Source: Mesotaenium endlicherianum
Taxonomy: Eukaryota
NCBI GenBank assembly: GCA_009602735.1
Contig: WELA01003054.1
Span: 70,408 to 134,407 of the forward strand
Length of the DNA: 64,000 bases
Reading direction: 5' to 3'
Shown here: positions 63,801 through 64,000 of the stretch, piece after piece
Layout: every line of letters begins with the position of its first letter
Position numbering within the stretch: position 1 is the first letter of the stretch
Notes under the pieces: generated by a model
Database searches by the model: none
Told to the model about the DNA's origin: nothing
Seen by the model: only the letters and a program-made list of their open reading frames with translations
Program-made: the position numbers and the translations under genes

Positions 63801-64000
63801 TCCTTCTCAAAGCATCACCCTTAGGCTTCTCCGAGAACTCAGTGATGCGTCCTTTGTCATCGATCTTCATCAGACCAAATGCTGTGGCTCTCTTTTCGTC
63901 CATGGGAAGGGCAGCTACAGTGATGTCAGCATTGTTCTCCCGGTGACACTTAATAAATTTTTCGTAATCCATGCGATAAAGCTGATCTCCGGCAAGAATA
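60859..64000 (-). CDS. APS1: ADP-glucose pyrophosphorylase, small (catalytic)-subunit type, 3' part. Exons about 64000-63796, 63405-63226, 63051-62951, 62373-62263, 61939-61840, 61572-61450, 60975-60859
   Basis: Motifs [85 protein letters not shown] and [19 protein letters not shown]. The gene continues past the window end. Confidence 0.92.

Noticed and set aside
20186..64000. Carbohydrate gene cluster (SPP, PME, AGPase)
   Set aside because: The genes act in different pathways and compartments, and PME and AGPase are separated by a TE nest and unrelated genes; there is no evidence of co-regulation.

Overview
Eukaryotic, intron-rich genomic DNA with three long N gaps (about 4012-4085, 10318-10879, 23172-23633). 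The plant-type gene set combined with microsatellite-rich introns suggests a streptophyte alga or non-seed plant (inference). Host genes: an unidentified minus-strand fragment (<4 kb), a SNF2 remodeller of the SMARCAD1/Fun30/CHR19 type (+), sucrose-phosphate phosphatase (+), a pectin methylesterase with a C-terminal extensin-like tail (-), tRNA-Arg(CCT) (-), an S40/DUF584 protein (+) and the 3' part of an ADP-glucose pyrophosphorylase small subunit (-). About 33.6-56 kb is a nest of transposons. Its core is a decayed Ty3/gypsy element whose polyprotein carries a DNMT3-like C5 cytosine methyltransferase between protease and RT, plus a PHD finger after the integrase, so an epigenetic writer and reader sit in one retroelement. 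Inserted into it are a three-LTR composite chromovirus (with a -1 frameshift signal and a group I chromodomain), a solo LTR of the same family, and an unrelated 1.2-kb TG...CA insertion. A hAT-type MITE lies at the left edge. All calls come from motif reading by eye; no database searches were run.
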